Shown one piece after another: positions 34,918 through 47,100 of a stretch of DNA of 64,000 nt (position 1 is the first letter of the stretch; the number at the start of each line of letters is the position of its first letter). Made by a program: the position numbers and the translations under genes. Origin of the DNA: Monocercomonoides exilis PA203 (taxonomy: Eukaryota > Protista > Preaxostyla); contig LSRY02000014.1 of NCBI GenBank assembly GCA_001643675.2, positions 1,054,001 to 1,118,000 of the forward strand. Direction: 5' to 3'. The notes under the pieces were generated by a model. That model made no database searches, had not been told where the DNA came from, and worked only from the letters and a program-made list of their open reading frames with translations.

Positions 34918-36027
34918 ATGTTGCATGTTCCTCCACAGTCACGTATTTCTGGCTCTTTGATATGTGAAGTGGTTGTTTGGGCTCCTTCACTCAGCGATTC
35001 ACAGATTATCAAGACGACTACAGGAGATGTGTTAGATGCTCTTCTGTATTCAACATCTGCTCAATCATCATCAGCAGCAACATCGGTTTCTTCTTCTTCT
35101 TTTTTTTCTTCTTCTTCTTCTTCCTCTTCCTCCTCCTCCTCCTCCTCCTCCTCCTCCTCTTTCACTTCTTCTTCAATTGTGAATTCTTCTCTCCTTCCAT
35201 CCACTCACCACCAAACCCACAACAACCCCTTCAGATCTTCCACCTCCCTTTTTGTTGTTCTCCACATAGCTCTTGTTCTTGCCCGTGTTTTTGTGGTTGT
35301 TCTATTCACATTCAAAACAGCTGTCAATCAGACAAGCCAGGCGATGATAACGATGCAACATGCACAGGAGGTGATGGGGCAATCATCGGTGTCTCAAAAG
35401 GCCGGTGATGGGGAGAAGAAGAAGGAGAAGAAAAAGAAGAATAGGAAGAAGAATAGGAAGAAGAATAGGAAGAAGAAGAAGAAGAAGAAGAAGAAGAAGG
35501 AAGAAGTGGTGGAGGAGGATGAGGATGTGAGGCAAAGGAAACAGAACCAAATGCAGACACTTGAATGCTCTGAAGCGCGTATAGAATGGACTGGGAAGCC
35601 AACTGCTGTAACTTCAACTGCAACACCTGTGCATCCAACATGTCAGGCATTTTTCTCGCGCTTTATGGGTTCTTTGATGTGTCCTTCAACAACATTATCG
35701 CCATCATCATCATCATCTTCTTCTTCTTCTTCTTCTTCAGTTCATAATGCTTCCATTCCCTTTTCTAAGCTTCCTTCTTCTCGTCCTGTTATTCCCGTCA
35801 AAGCAGCGCACACACAAACTCCCTTGTCTTTTGACTCGATGCTTGCCAATGCAAATCTCCCAGTTCAATCACAGCTCTCTGAAAAAACAGAAGCTGACAA
35901 TTCTTCCCTCTTCTTCTTCCTCTTCTGCTGCTCCAATTGCTCCTTCTTCTTCTTCCACTTCATCTTCATCTTCTTTAATTTCATGCATTATTCAGAAATC
36001 ATTGGTAATTTAAAAAGAAAAAAATGA
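34918..36027 (+). pseudogene. Low-complexity (Ser/Lys-rich) coding-like fragment inside the long-TIR element
   Basis: 369-aa ORF with a TTG start and poly-S/poly-K tracts resembling host Ser-rich genes. No recognisable domain. Confidence 0.4.
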
Positions 36028-37266
36028 AAACTTCTATTGAGCCGATTCAAAATTTGGCTTTTTATCCATAGAATTTAATATTTTGTGGAATTGGGAACGC
36101 ATCGGGATTGTTGGAGCATTTCAAGTGTATTTCGAGCAGCTTGGTTAACAATGGAAAAATATGTATCGTTTGTATTTATTCCTTTTGAAGTTTTTTGTTC
36201 TTTTCATTTTTTTACGAAACGAACACACAAAAAACAGATCACGTTAGCATTGCACATTTTTTTATAGATTTTCATTCACAGTTTTTATTATTTGAGGCAA
36301 TTCGACAAAAGAAAAATGAACAATAATCGTTATCTTACAATAATATCTCATTAAACAAAATTAATAAAAAAACAAGAACGACAGCCTTCATTTTTTATGG
36401 AAAGCATTTCAATTCAAAAAAATAAAAAAACTCATAAATAAAAGAATTCTCCATGATGAATGATAATATGTATCTATTGAAATAATAGAACATTCTATAG
36501 CAAATGTTTTCATTGAGAAAAACATATTTCAACGAAATATTATGAATTATTATTGATAAGTAAGTGAAAGTTAAATATCAAAAGAATTACAGATTAAAAT
36601 AAAATAAATAATGATAAATTACACACTCAACTTGTTTCTTAAAATAAACAGTTTCACTTGATGTTAAGATTGATTCTCAATTATCGCAAATAAACATTAA
36701 AAGTTAAAAAGATGATTATGAAAATTCAGTTATGGGATTGATCACAAAAATTTTTTGAAGTTATTTTAGTCAAAGAATCAAAAAACTGCTCCACCCAAAA
36801 GTGTTGCTTTTTTATGTTATTTATTTCTAATTTGTTGAAATGAAAAAAATCATAAAACTGAAGGAGGTATTTTTTTACACTTATGCCAATCATATCTTTT
36901 TTCGGGAAGTTTATTTTCAAAGATTTTTTGTCATTGGGAAGAGATTTTGTGTTTGAATTGTTGAATTATCATCACTGCAATAAAAACAAATGTTTTCACC
37001 TTTTGAAAGATGAGAATGTCTTCAATAAGCCTTTTCACTTTTCAACGTTCATATGAAAATATTCATGTAAGTTTTTGAACAGAAAATTATGAAAGAAAAA
37101 TTTTGATTTCAATGATAATCACACATCTGTTCACAATAAAAATTTTTTGCAAAAGAAGAATTGGGCTGCAGGCGGATGTGCAACGAATCAAATCCAATTC
37201 AATTGAAGATTATTGGGCGAAATCAATTGTTTCTTCTGTATTTTGAATCTATCGAAATGAATTATT

Positions 37267-37643
37267 CAGTTTGTGCAAAAAATACCGGACAAGATAGATA
37301 TCTCAATAACAGCAAGAGGAATAATTATGGCAATTTTCCTCAAAATATATCTCATCAACACAAACTCATTTGATAAACGATACTTTCAGGACAGCTTCAT
37401 TTGTGCTCAGAAAAAATCATAATTAAAAACTCGGAAAAACTCAAAATCCTTTTTCTCCGAGAATCCAAATATCATTTTTTCTGAGAACAAATGAAGCTGC
37501 TTTGAAAGATTTGTATATGAAATGAGTTTGCATTGATGAAATATATTTTGAGGAAAATTGTCAGAAAAATTCCTCTTGTGGTTATTGAGAAATCGATCTT
37601 GTCCGGTTTTTTGTGCGATGTCCGGTATTTTTTGCACAAACCG
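37267..37643. mobile_element. Foldback-type MITE (~377 bp) with ~150-bp diverged inverted arms
   Basis: CAGTTTGTGCAAAAAATACCGGACA... mirrored by ...TGTCCGGTATTTTTTGCACAAACCG|TA. Internal mirrors include TTTTCCTCAAAATAT and CAGCTTCATTTGT. Confidence 0.75.
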
Positions 37644-39249
37644 TATATGGGACAAAATGTTTCACTTCATGCATTTTCATTGAAAAATTATGCACTTTTC
37701 ATTGACTTTTCGAAATCAAAGAACACAAAGAAAATGGACCCATTTTTAGACATTCTTGAAATGTTGGAAAACTTTATGTTTTGATTTCAATGATGCCTGT
37801 TAACGGATAATAAAATCAAATCAATTTCGAAATCTGAGAAAGCGAAATAAAGTTATGAGTGAAGCAAGTTTTTTGTGCTTTGTGCAAAAAAAGCTTGAAA
37901 GTCCGTATTTTCACCCTAAATGGATTCGTTTTTATTTTTTCGTGAACAAATATAAAGAATGTTATTAATAAGGATATTTTGATTTTAATTTCTAAAAAGA
38001 TAATCAAACTCACCTCAAACTTTGTAAAATTATGTGTCTATAATCCAAGAAGAATATGAAACAAAATATGGGTGATTATTTTTGAAATCACATTTTTTCA
38101 TACAAAAATTTCGGTTCAAAAACTTTACTTGAAAAACAACAAAAGAATCCTGAAAAGTGAAAAGGCTTATTTGAAAAAAATCTGTATCTTTATTTGAGAA
38201 AAACTATACCTCTGTGACATGACAAAAGAAAATTGAAACAATGACAAAATGACAGACATGGCTTTCTCAATTTGTCATTTTTTCGAATCAGATAAAATTT
38301 CCAATTTATAACGCAGTTTTTGAAAGGATAGAAATATTTTTAATTTTAATATTTTAAAATTGTTATTGTGGTCAACATTATTTAATAATCGATAGAAAAT
38401 TGTGTTCTTTCTCACAACTTTTTTTCTTGTGACAAATAGATCAAAATTAACTATTGTGGTTGGTCATTCGTCTGATCTATCACTGACAAGTCAGGTCAGT
38501 CATTTTGTCATTTTTTAAAACTTTCCTAAATTCAAGCTGAAATTGAATAGCTTTTGCATTTTGCATATTTCTGAGAAAAATACTCATTTGTCACAAAATG
38601 ATCTGAATAAATGAAATTTTTTTATTTGATTGTTGAATTGGGTTTTTATTGTTTTTTAAGCGTTTTCAGAAAAGCATTCATGTTTTTTCTGTTGAAACTT
38701 CAGTTTATATTTTGCAATATTTGTAAAAATAATGGAATTTGCTTTGCTATTCGGAGCTTTCATTAATCAAATCACAATTATTGTTTTTCTAAAGCCTTTG
38801 TGGAATAGAACACTAAAATAAATAAATTTTTATATATGATTGTTTTTATTTTCATATCAAACACTATTCAACGTTCGTTTCTTTCAATATAAACACAACT
38901 GTGATGTTTTTTTCCAATTAATGGAAAGCTTTGCTTTATAAACATTTTTTTCCCCAGTTATTAACGTTAAATGAACGACGAAATTATATTAAATTTATTT
39001 AAAAGTGCCTTCCTTTTGGTTGTTCGTGCGTAAAAAAATAAAATTTCATGAATGGATGATAAAATGCATCGTTATCATCTTAAATACAAACCATTTCTTG
39101 TTCCTAAAAATATTGATGAACATTCAATCTTCCAAAATCCTTATCTTTTCCTCTGTTTTCTTCCTTCTATGAAGCAGCATGAACAACGAATCCCTCGGAT
39201 CCATATAAAGCTTCTCAAGAGGCGAAAAGCTTGCCGTGCTATCCACCAG

Positions 39250-40860
39250 ATTCGATACTGACGAAGTGGTCAAAAACAGATCCTCTTTATTTCTTCATTC
39301 TTTTTTTATCCCTTCCTCTCAGCTCTTCAGAACCACTCCTCGAAAGACATCTTCATCATCACCAAATGAATAAGTTTCGGTTCCTTCTGCTGTGCCATCC
39401 ACATTCTGCTTCAGTCCCTTGTTCATGTTCTTCTCCTTCCTCCACCGCTCAGCCAGAATAGTCGATACATCCAGGAACAGCAGGATGAAGACAAAGATGA
39501 GAAGCAACAGTCAGAATATGTATATTCTTAGCTGCTTTAGCTGGATGGGCAGCACTGGCAGGCTTTGACATGTTTTTGAAAATGAGTGGCTATGCTTCAC
39601 ACAGAACGCCAAAGGCTTTGCAAAATCGAACAGCAATAATAATTTCGGAAGTGTGGTGCTCCGAAGCAAAGGTGGCAAGCTGTACGCTCCCCTGGGTTTA
39701 GCTTTCCGACACATACCCTTTATCTGCGTTCTCGTGGCTGTAGGCCACAAACACGCCATCCATGCTTATGATGAGGCGGAAAGTGAGGTCGCTGTGCACG
39801 AGGGGCAACCTGAAGAGTTAAGTTCCATGAGGCTTCCGGACTCCTTAACCTCAATAAATGACAGCACGTGGACGAATAATGGGAAGTAGATGATGGAGAT
39901 GAATCCGGGCAGGAGACGCTCCTCGGTTCGCATCTGTAAAGAGGTGTATTCAAAAGTGCCTTCAATTCCTTTCAAGCTCACCAGATTCAGCGATTCGAGA
40001 TCCGAGAAGGCGATTTTTGGACTAGAAGAAGGATAGCTGCTTTCCGAAGGGCCGTTTCCACCAGAGGGGCTATAACCCAAACGTTGTATCTTCATATGGG
40101 GAACACATCCAGAGATAGACAATGCTCCATCATTTTAATTTGGCACCGTGAGATAGCTGATGGCTGCCGTTGCGTTGCACGGATGTACCAGTTATCCATT
40201 CAACGAGCAGATGCTGTCTTATCCATTTCCGTTTCCGACTCTATTTGTTATTGCATTGCATTTTATGTGAGCTCTCTAAATAAATCGCACTACAAGCTAG
40301 AGTTCGGGTGAATACCTTACGCTCTCAACGCTCCCTTGCAGCGTCTGTTCATCTGCTTCTTTCTCAGAGGATAGGGCACGTTGTGAGCAATTGCAGTTGG
40401 ACAATGCAAAGAGAACAGAGGGGAAAGATACAGATGGCATAGACGAGCTGAAGGAGTCGCAGGTGATTTTGTTTGTGAGGGAGAAGTGTTCAAAATTGGA
40501 AAGGAGGAAAAGCAGAAGAGCTAACGTGAGGTGTGGGACGGAGAAGAAGTTGACACTCAAGAAGCAATCCTCGAAGGCGAGTAGGAAGAAGTTGAGGAGC
40601 ACCGAGTGTTAAAGCAGGCGAGAAGCATGGTGAGGTTGTTGAAGATATAAACGAAACAAAGGAATACGAGAGGTGGAATTGACGAGAGACACGACAGAAC
40701 TTCGAGAGAGAATTTTTGGCCTAACGAAGAGGAATTCAAAACACTCGATCTGGACTTTTGCATAGGTTACTAGGATGGTGGGGCAGTGTTGGATTGTGGC
40801 GTCGAGATGGAGCGCAAAGGACTGGGACTCGAACGAGCAGATGCTCACTCTGGCTGCGTT
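39250..40860. pseudogene. Unidentified GC-richer degenerate coding-like cargo
   Basis: Clearly higher GC than the flanks, many short ORFs, and a TM-like segment LLIFVFILLFLDV on the minus strand. Confidence 0.35.
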
Positions 40861-42100
40861 GAACATTTTTTGTTGTGTTCTGGAAAACTTCTTCGAATAA
40901 GCTCCATTCAATAACTATAATTTTATCTGCTTCATAGATTCCTTCAATCCTTTCAGCTGTTCTCTTTGATATCCTCAATCCACTTTTTCCATCCACTTGA
41001 ATATTCTTCGTCATCAGATTTTTGATGTTCAAAATTGTTGTTGATAACATCGAAATAACATCCTTTGAAAAGCAAAGTGATTGCATCGAAACAAATTCAA
41101 ATTTGACTGTCCCTCTATCTGCCTTGATAAGCCCAAACATAATCGTTTCTTCTTCACTTTCTTCATTTTTTGTGAACGAGCAGTCTTTCAGAGTCAATAA
41201 TCCATCGCTTGCGCCAACATGCATCAAATAATTGACTCCACTCATGAATGAAGAAGGAATCACAAAGTTAATTAATTCAAATTTTGTGATACCCTGAATC
41301 TTCATTGCTGCTTCTTCTGCTGCTTCAAGTGATGAGAGGCACTCCAAAGCGCACATGTCTGTATTATTTGAGCATATTGAAATTCCACCGAGATCAACAC
41401 TTTTTTGGAGAACTCCTTTTTCAATAATGTTAATATTCTTTTCATTTCCCTCAGGCAATCGATCCAATGAATACTCGATTGACAGACAAGGATAATCTGA
41501 GAATCCACATGCACCCATATTTTTTCCTTCACCTCCAACAAATATCTCTGAGCCAATTGCTCTCCAGAAATTGACCAGCGGAATGGCATTCGTTGTGTTA
41601 CTCCCATCAAAGCCTCTCAGAGAATTTTAAGAAATATCATTCAGATTCTTACATACAAACGGAAGGGATGCATTTGTGATGCTCTTTGTCAAGTTTGATG
41701 CTTCAACAAACAGGTCATTTCCATATTTTGCAATATTTGGTTTTTCAAAATCAAAAACAGGTGATGAGATCACAAATGAAGAATAATGATCAATCAACTT
41801 CAGTGCCATCCCTCCCCCAAACCCTGTCTTGCCTTCTTCAGCTGGTGCTGTACATCCTGTTATTGTGCATGAAATAATATTCAACTGAATATTCCGTTTC
41901 AACTGAGCACATATTGCAGCTCCTTTGCTTTCATCAGCAAGCACAGAGCATCCATCAAAATCGCATCCTTCAATATTTAATTCTGCATTTAAATCTTCAT
42001 TTTCATCATTGCTGTTATCGATGCTCACACAGCCTCCACTTTAAGCAGATCGAGTGAAAAATATTGCTTCACATTTAGTCATGTTCAAACACTTTGGATT
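40860..42100 (-). pseudogene. Frameshifted fragment of the beta-helix surface-protein family
   Basis: CTAPAEEGKTGFGGGMALKL..AKYGNDLFV and CGFSDYPCLSIEYSLDRL match the repeat modules of the 3028-aa protein. Broken into ORFs 41627-42028 and 40736-41518. Confidence 0.8.
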
Positions 42101-43339
42101 CATGCTTTTTGTTGGACATTTGTTTCAAAAGTGGTAATTTCAAAAGAGTCTTTCCATAAATTCTATATAAATTATTCAATTATTTTTTCAATTAAATTTA
42201 TCAAATTTGTTTTCAAACTGTTTAATTCACAAAAAGAATGAGTAACAAATCATCATCTCATTTGATTGCTGTTAAGGAAATAGTCTAAATAATTTTCATA
42301 AGTTAATCTTTTTTTTAAAGGCAATTATCTTTTATTAATCACGAAATTTCCACATAAATAAAATAAATTATTCAATCCAAAATAAATTGTGGGTTAGTTT
42401 GATCAGATTTGACTGACGAGACATTTTTTTTGTTGTCATGTCACAGAGGTATAAGAAAAACATTTGCTTTGATAGCAGTTGTGATAATTCAACAATTCAA
42501 ATACAAAGTCTCTTCCCAATGACAAACAACGTTTGAAAAATCAACACACCGAAAAAAGTTATGATTTCAAAAATTATCACCCATATGGAACTTCAAGCTT
42601 TATCATTTAAAATTTAACATACCGGAAGAACAATTTGTAATCAAGAAATTCGAAAAAACTGAGTTCATTTTTGTGAATATCAAAAAGGCAACCAACCATT
42701 ATATCGTCCTTTCAATAGTGTTTTTCATTTCATTTCTTTTCACTGAAATTTTTATTTTTTAATTACAGTTTCTTTCTTTCTTTATTTTTATTTTTATCTT
42801 TATCTTTATCTTTATCTTTTCTTTTCTTTTTTTTTATAATCAAATTTCAAGAAGTTGTAATTGTCAATACAGGATTTGTCTCTCTGTTGTTGAAAATGAA
42901 GATATCTTTGGAGCACAACCACAAAGAAATAAACATAATTATTTTATCATTGAAATTTTGATAAAAGTCATGCTACTTGACAAAACAGTGAAAAGATATA
43001 AAATGAAAGAAAAAAAATTCACAAGCAACTAATTAGTGTGAAAAACATAATTCGACGCAAAAAAATTGTTAATGCCCTTTCAGCTTAAAACTAAAAATTT
43101 TGAATTTTTAATGCTGAATTGAATATTTGTTGGTGTAATTCAACGTTGTCTAAATTTTAAGGAATAAATAAGACTTTCAAAATCATTTGAAGGTGATTTC
43201 ATGCTTGTTTAATAAATAATATAGAATAATGCATGAGAAAAAAAAATGTACAAAATTAAGGATCAATTAAGACAAAATGAATCTACGCTTTATGATTCAA
43301 GTTTAAAAAATTTGAATTTGCTCATTATCTTCGAATAGT

Positions 43340-43966
43340 TTAATTCACTTCAATCATTTTACTTGCAGGTGCTTTACAAACGGGACATTGTTGTGGATCA
43401 GTGCCAATTTCAATATATCCACAAATTGGGCACAAAAATACTTTCAGTCCTGTGTCTCCGAGATCAACTCCCTTCTTCAATTCCTCCAAGGCTGCTTTAT
43501 ATCGCTGTGAGTGGCACTCTTCAACTGGAGCGGTATTTGCAAAAATCGCCGCTTCGGACTTACGACCTTCTGCCTCTGCCTTTGCTTTAAAGGTGGGATA
43601 CATATCAGTATATTCATAAGTCTCCCCATCGATTGCATCTTGTAAGCAATCTTCCAATGTTTTTCCCTTCAACATAATGTTAAACAATCTTCTAGCGTGA
43701 ATCTCTACAAAAAAATTCGAGAAATGCGCATTTGTAGTTTGTAATTTTAAGTTCATCCAAACCTTCAGCTTGTGCTGCAGCTTTGAAAAGAGCTGCAATT
43801 CTTGGACGTCCCTGTTTTTCTGCCAATTCAGCGTAAAAAGTATACTTGTTTCTGGCTTTTGATTCACCCTTTAATATTGTAAATTTGAACAGAGTGAAAG
43901 TTCATATAAAATACCTAGTTTTCATACAGTAAAAGCATCCATAACGCATTTATCTGTTTCAGACAT
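43340..43966 (-). CDS. rbr: Rubrerythrin, 3 exons (43966-43928, 43868-43763, 43704-43340), 169 aa
   Basis: Spliced product MSETDKCVMDAFTGESKARNKYTFYA..AEEIHA..GETYEYTDMYP..EECHS..CPICGY..CPVC has diiron ExxH motifs and a rubredoxin-like CxxC pair. Introns 43927-43869 and 43762-43705 are GT-AG and keep frame. Confidence 0.93.
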
Positions 43967-44155
43967 GTTAACTTTTTTTATTGTTCAACACTGATCAAAC
44001 CCTATTTTCGTGAATCATAAAAAAGTTTGAAAATATATTTTGATCGAAACATAAAGCAAAAAATAAAAAAAGACTTTATCTTCAGTTTTGTTATATCATC
44101 CAAAATAAAAACAAATTGTTGAACAAAATTTTATAATACATTGGATTTTCATTCA

Positions 44156-47100
44156 TTAAAGAGTTATACTTTCTTGGCTTTGAGCTGTTGGAATGAGAAA
44201 TGAAAGAACTGTGCGGGCTTCTTCACTAAGGAAATGTGACGTTTTTATTTTCGTTTGAAGAATGACAGGGTGCAGAACATTTATAATTTTCTGTCTAATA
44301 TCGTCACCAACATTGTTTAAAAGAAGTGCAATCGTATTCAACGAAGCATTTTGTTGTTGTGTTGATCCATCTCTAAAAAAATTATAATCATCAAAATACA
44401 TGCAAGGAAATAAAATAAAATAAATAAATAAATAAAATTATTTATTTTTTTAAATGATTGAAAAATTTCACACATAAATTGTGATTCCAACTTCTGAAAG
44501 AGCCCAGATGCAATTAGAAGCTCCAAATTTCCTAAAGTTACAACACACACACACACACATATATATATAGAAATGAATGAAAATAATCATATTTATAAAA
44601 TGATTTGAACATTCAAAGTTTAAGCAGAAAAGAAAGGGAAAAAATAAAAAATAAAAAATAAAAAATTAACATACTTGTATTATTCATCAAGGCGATGCAG
44701 TCATCAAGTGTAAGCGGAGACGCCTTCTCAGAAAGCAAAGCAATGGCATCTGATGCAAATGCAAGCAAAGCAGTGACAGACAATTGAATGCTATCAACAA
44801 CAGAGAGTTCGCCATAACGCTTCCTTGCAGACACAATTTTTGTTCCAGAATTTTTTGACACAGAAGATACTTTGATGCCTTCTTCATCTGCTTCCTCCTC
44901 CTCCCTCTCTTCCTCCTCATCCTCCTCTTCTTCCTCCACATCGATGCCTTCTTCCCGTGCCAGCTGCTTATGCAACGCAGCGTTTGCAGCAAAGAGATCC
45001 ATCGTGGGGCGGCAGATGCACGTGCTCCCGCAGAACGCAATGATCGCCGTCGCAGCCATCGAGCGCGTCGCCGCACTCAGCCGCGACTTGTGGAACACAC
45101 TCAGCAGCGCATACATCCCGTCTTCCTTCTCCAGTGCCTCCAGATAGAGATTCGACCCGGGCTCATACACCAGGTTCTTCGGCGTCGTGTTGTAGTCCCC
45201 CTTCGCAATGAGGGCGTAGGCAGTGTTCCACCAGGAGCTGTCAGGTCGGACGATGCTGGCTGTTGGAGTGACGACAATGCTCTGCCTGATCTTTCCTGTA
45301 TACTCATTCCAATCGTCTTTGTGCTGCTTCCCTTTTAATCTTCCATCGCAGGCAATTGAATACAGCGAGCTTGCAGCGTCATTCACAACAGCCTCGTCTG
45401 GATGGGAGAGCAGACGCAGAAGCAAAGGAAGAATTCCACTCATGACATGGTGCAAGCTGAACATTTCCCACCCGTTTTGGTTGGACTGCTGATAAAAAGG
45501 AAGAGATGCTTCAGGTTCAGACAGAGAAGAAGAAGAAGATGATGACGAAGCTGAAGATTTCTTTGCGCTTTGATTTTCAGCTGTCTTTTGCGTTGTATTT
45601 GCAACTGCCGATGGGGATTCTGAAGAAATCTGATGATTCAATGACTCTGAAGAACTTAAACTTTTCTTTGATTTCTCATCAATGAAGACAGAATCTGGCA
45701 GAGCAGGAGGAGTGCACAATGCCCTAATAACAGATGAAATTGAGTGATTCATCAGAGAATTTGGCAAAAAGCAGCAAAATTGAATGACCGGCGGAACAAC
45801 ATTTTGCTCAAAGAAAGAAAACACTGCCATCGGATTGACAAAGCACACCACACGAACAAGCTGAATGATTGCCATTGAAGCACCCAGAATCACATCGCGC
45901 TTCATCACCACCCGATAAAACAGATCTTGTTCCAGCAGCTCTTTCTTCTTTGACCCACAGTCGCTCTCCTCTGCCTCAGAATTCGAATCGTCCTCTGCCT
46001 CGCTGTATTCCCACGAGTCATTGTGAAGAGCTATTAACTGCCTCAAATGCTTCGAACACACATTGCCTAGCCCTCTCTGAAGCAGCTTGTTTGTCAGTGC
46101 AATGCTGTCTGGGTAGTTTGATGGAAATGTATTGGCTGTGCTTTCGATGAACGATCCTTCTGAAGAAGAAGAAAGATTCGATGCTTTGTCATCTTTGCCA
46201 CTCTGTAACGAAGAAGCCATGAATCTTGTGTGTGCCGCAACAATCACACTGATCAAAACACTCGCCACCTCAACAATTACCTCTTCTGACGCTGCCTCCT
46301 GTAGAGCCAACACAGCTTGCAGCGGATCAAAAGAGCGATAGTCGAAGTCTTCGATGTGGGCCAGCAGCTGGATCCATTCGAGATCAGAAAATATCTCGTC
46401 GAACCGGCTGGCATTGCGCTGCTGCAGCATCTGCCGTGTGAGCGTGGACGAAAACAATGACGTGGAAGAAGGCGAATCCGAAGAGAGGTTCATCTGCTCA
46501 GCCGGAATTTGTGTTGATTGAGGTGATAAAAAAGGCTGGCTCTTTGTTGATTCGCTATTAGCCCGGGGTTGTGATGAAAGAGAAAGATTGTTGTCGATCG
46601 AATCGATGTTAGTTTGCTCATATGGAGGTTGAATGAAATCTTGACCATCCAATCCGTCAAGCGGCTTTTGAGAAGAGGAGCCAGCCGCTTTTTCAAGGCG
46701 GGCACGCTTCATACGCTCAGTGGCCAATGCCAAAAGATGCACTGCTTTCAGCTCATCTGCTTCTCGTGAGCGCTTCTTCCCATCTGAACGGGACGTGCTG
46801 CTTTTTGTGCCTTCAGCCAAAGAAGACAAGCGCGTTTTCATTTCCTGCAGAGACTGACTTTGGGAGGATGCTGCAAATGGCGATCCAAGACTTGATGCAC
46901 CACTTGCAGCTCCTGATGCATTTTGAGGTTGAGTTGAAGACAAAGAAGGATCAGAAGCAAGTGATGTGCCTTTGATATTTGGCAATTGCATATTTTTGCT
47001 CAGTTTTGAAAGCAGCTCTTGATTCACTTTGGAATCAGATGATAATTTTGCCGCTGTTTCATTGACTGCGCGGAAACCAACATCTGCCTGGGCATTTGAG

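Larger units (their letters stand above)
32940..36887. mobile_element. 3948-bp non-autonomous long-TIR element (Merlin- or MULE-like) carrying gene fragments
   Basis: 361-bp near-perfect TIRs (32940-33300 / 36527-36887) starting GGCATAAG. 8-bp TSD AATCATAT (32932-32939, 36888-36895). No transposase inside. Confidence 0.9.
32915..37125 (-). mobile_element. MITE family 'TGGGTGATTA', copy 3, split by the 3.9-kb long-TIR element
   Basis: TGGGAGATTATTTTTGAAATCATAT at 32915-32939 continues as CTTTTTTCGGGAAG... from 36896 to GATAATCACACA at 37125. The interior matches the other copies. Confidence 0.75.
38205..42453. mobile_element. 4249-bp non-autonomous hAT-like element carrying gene fragments
   Basis: Perfect 21-bp TIR TATACCTCTGTGACATGACAA. 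8-bp TSD AGAAAAAC (38197-38204, 42454-42461). Clustered subterminal TGAC/GTCA motifs. No transposase. Confidence 0.88.
38069..42583 (+). mobile_element. MITE family 'TGGGTGATTA', copy 4, split by the 4.2-kb element
   Basis: TA|TGGGTGATTATTTTTGAAATCA ... TGATTTCAAAAATTATCACCCA|TA. The halves 38069-38204 and 42454-42583 join into a ~260-bp copy matching 4958-5210 and 36888-37125. Confidence 0.82.

Noticed and set aside
43763-43867. ORF-track N-terminus MNQKPETS.. of rubrerythrin
   Set aside because: Wrong frame. The spliced model restores the conserved GES.A..Y helix.
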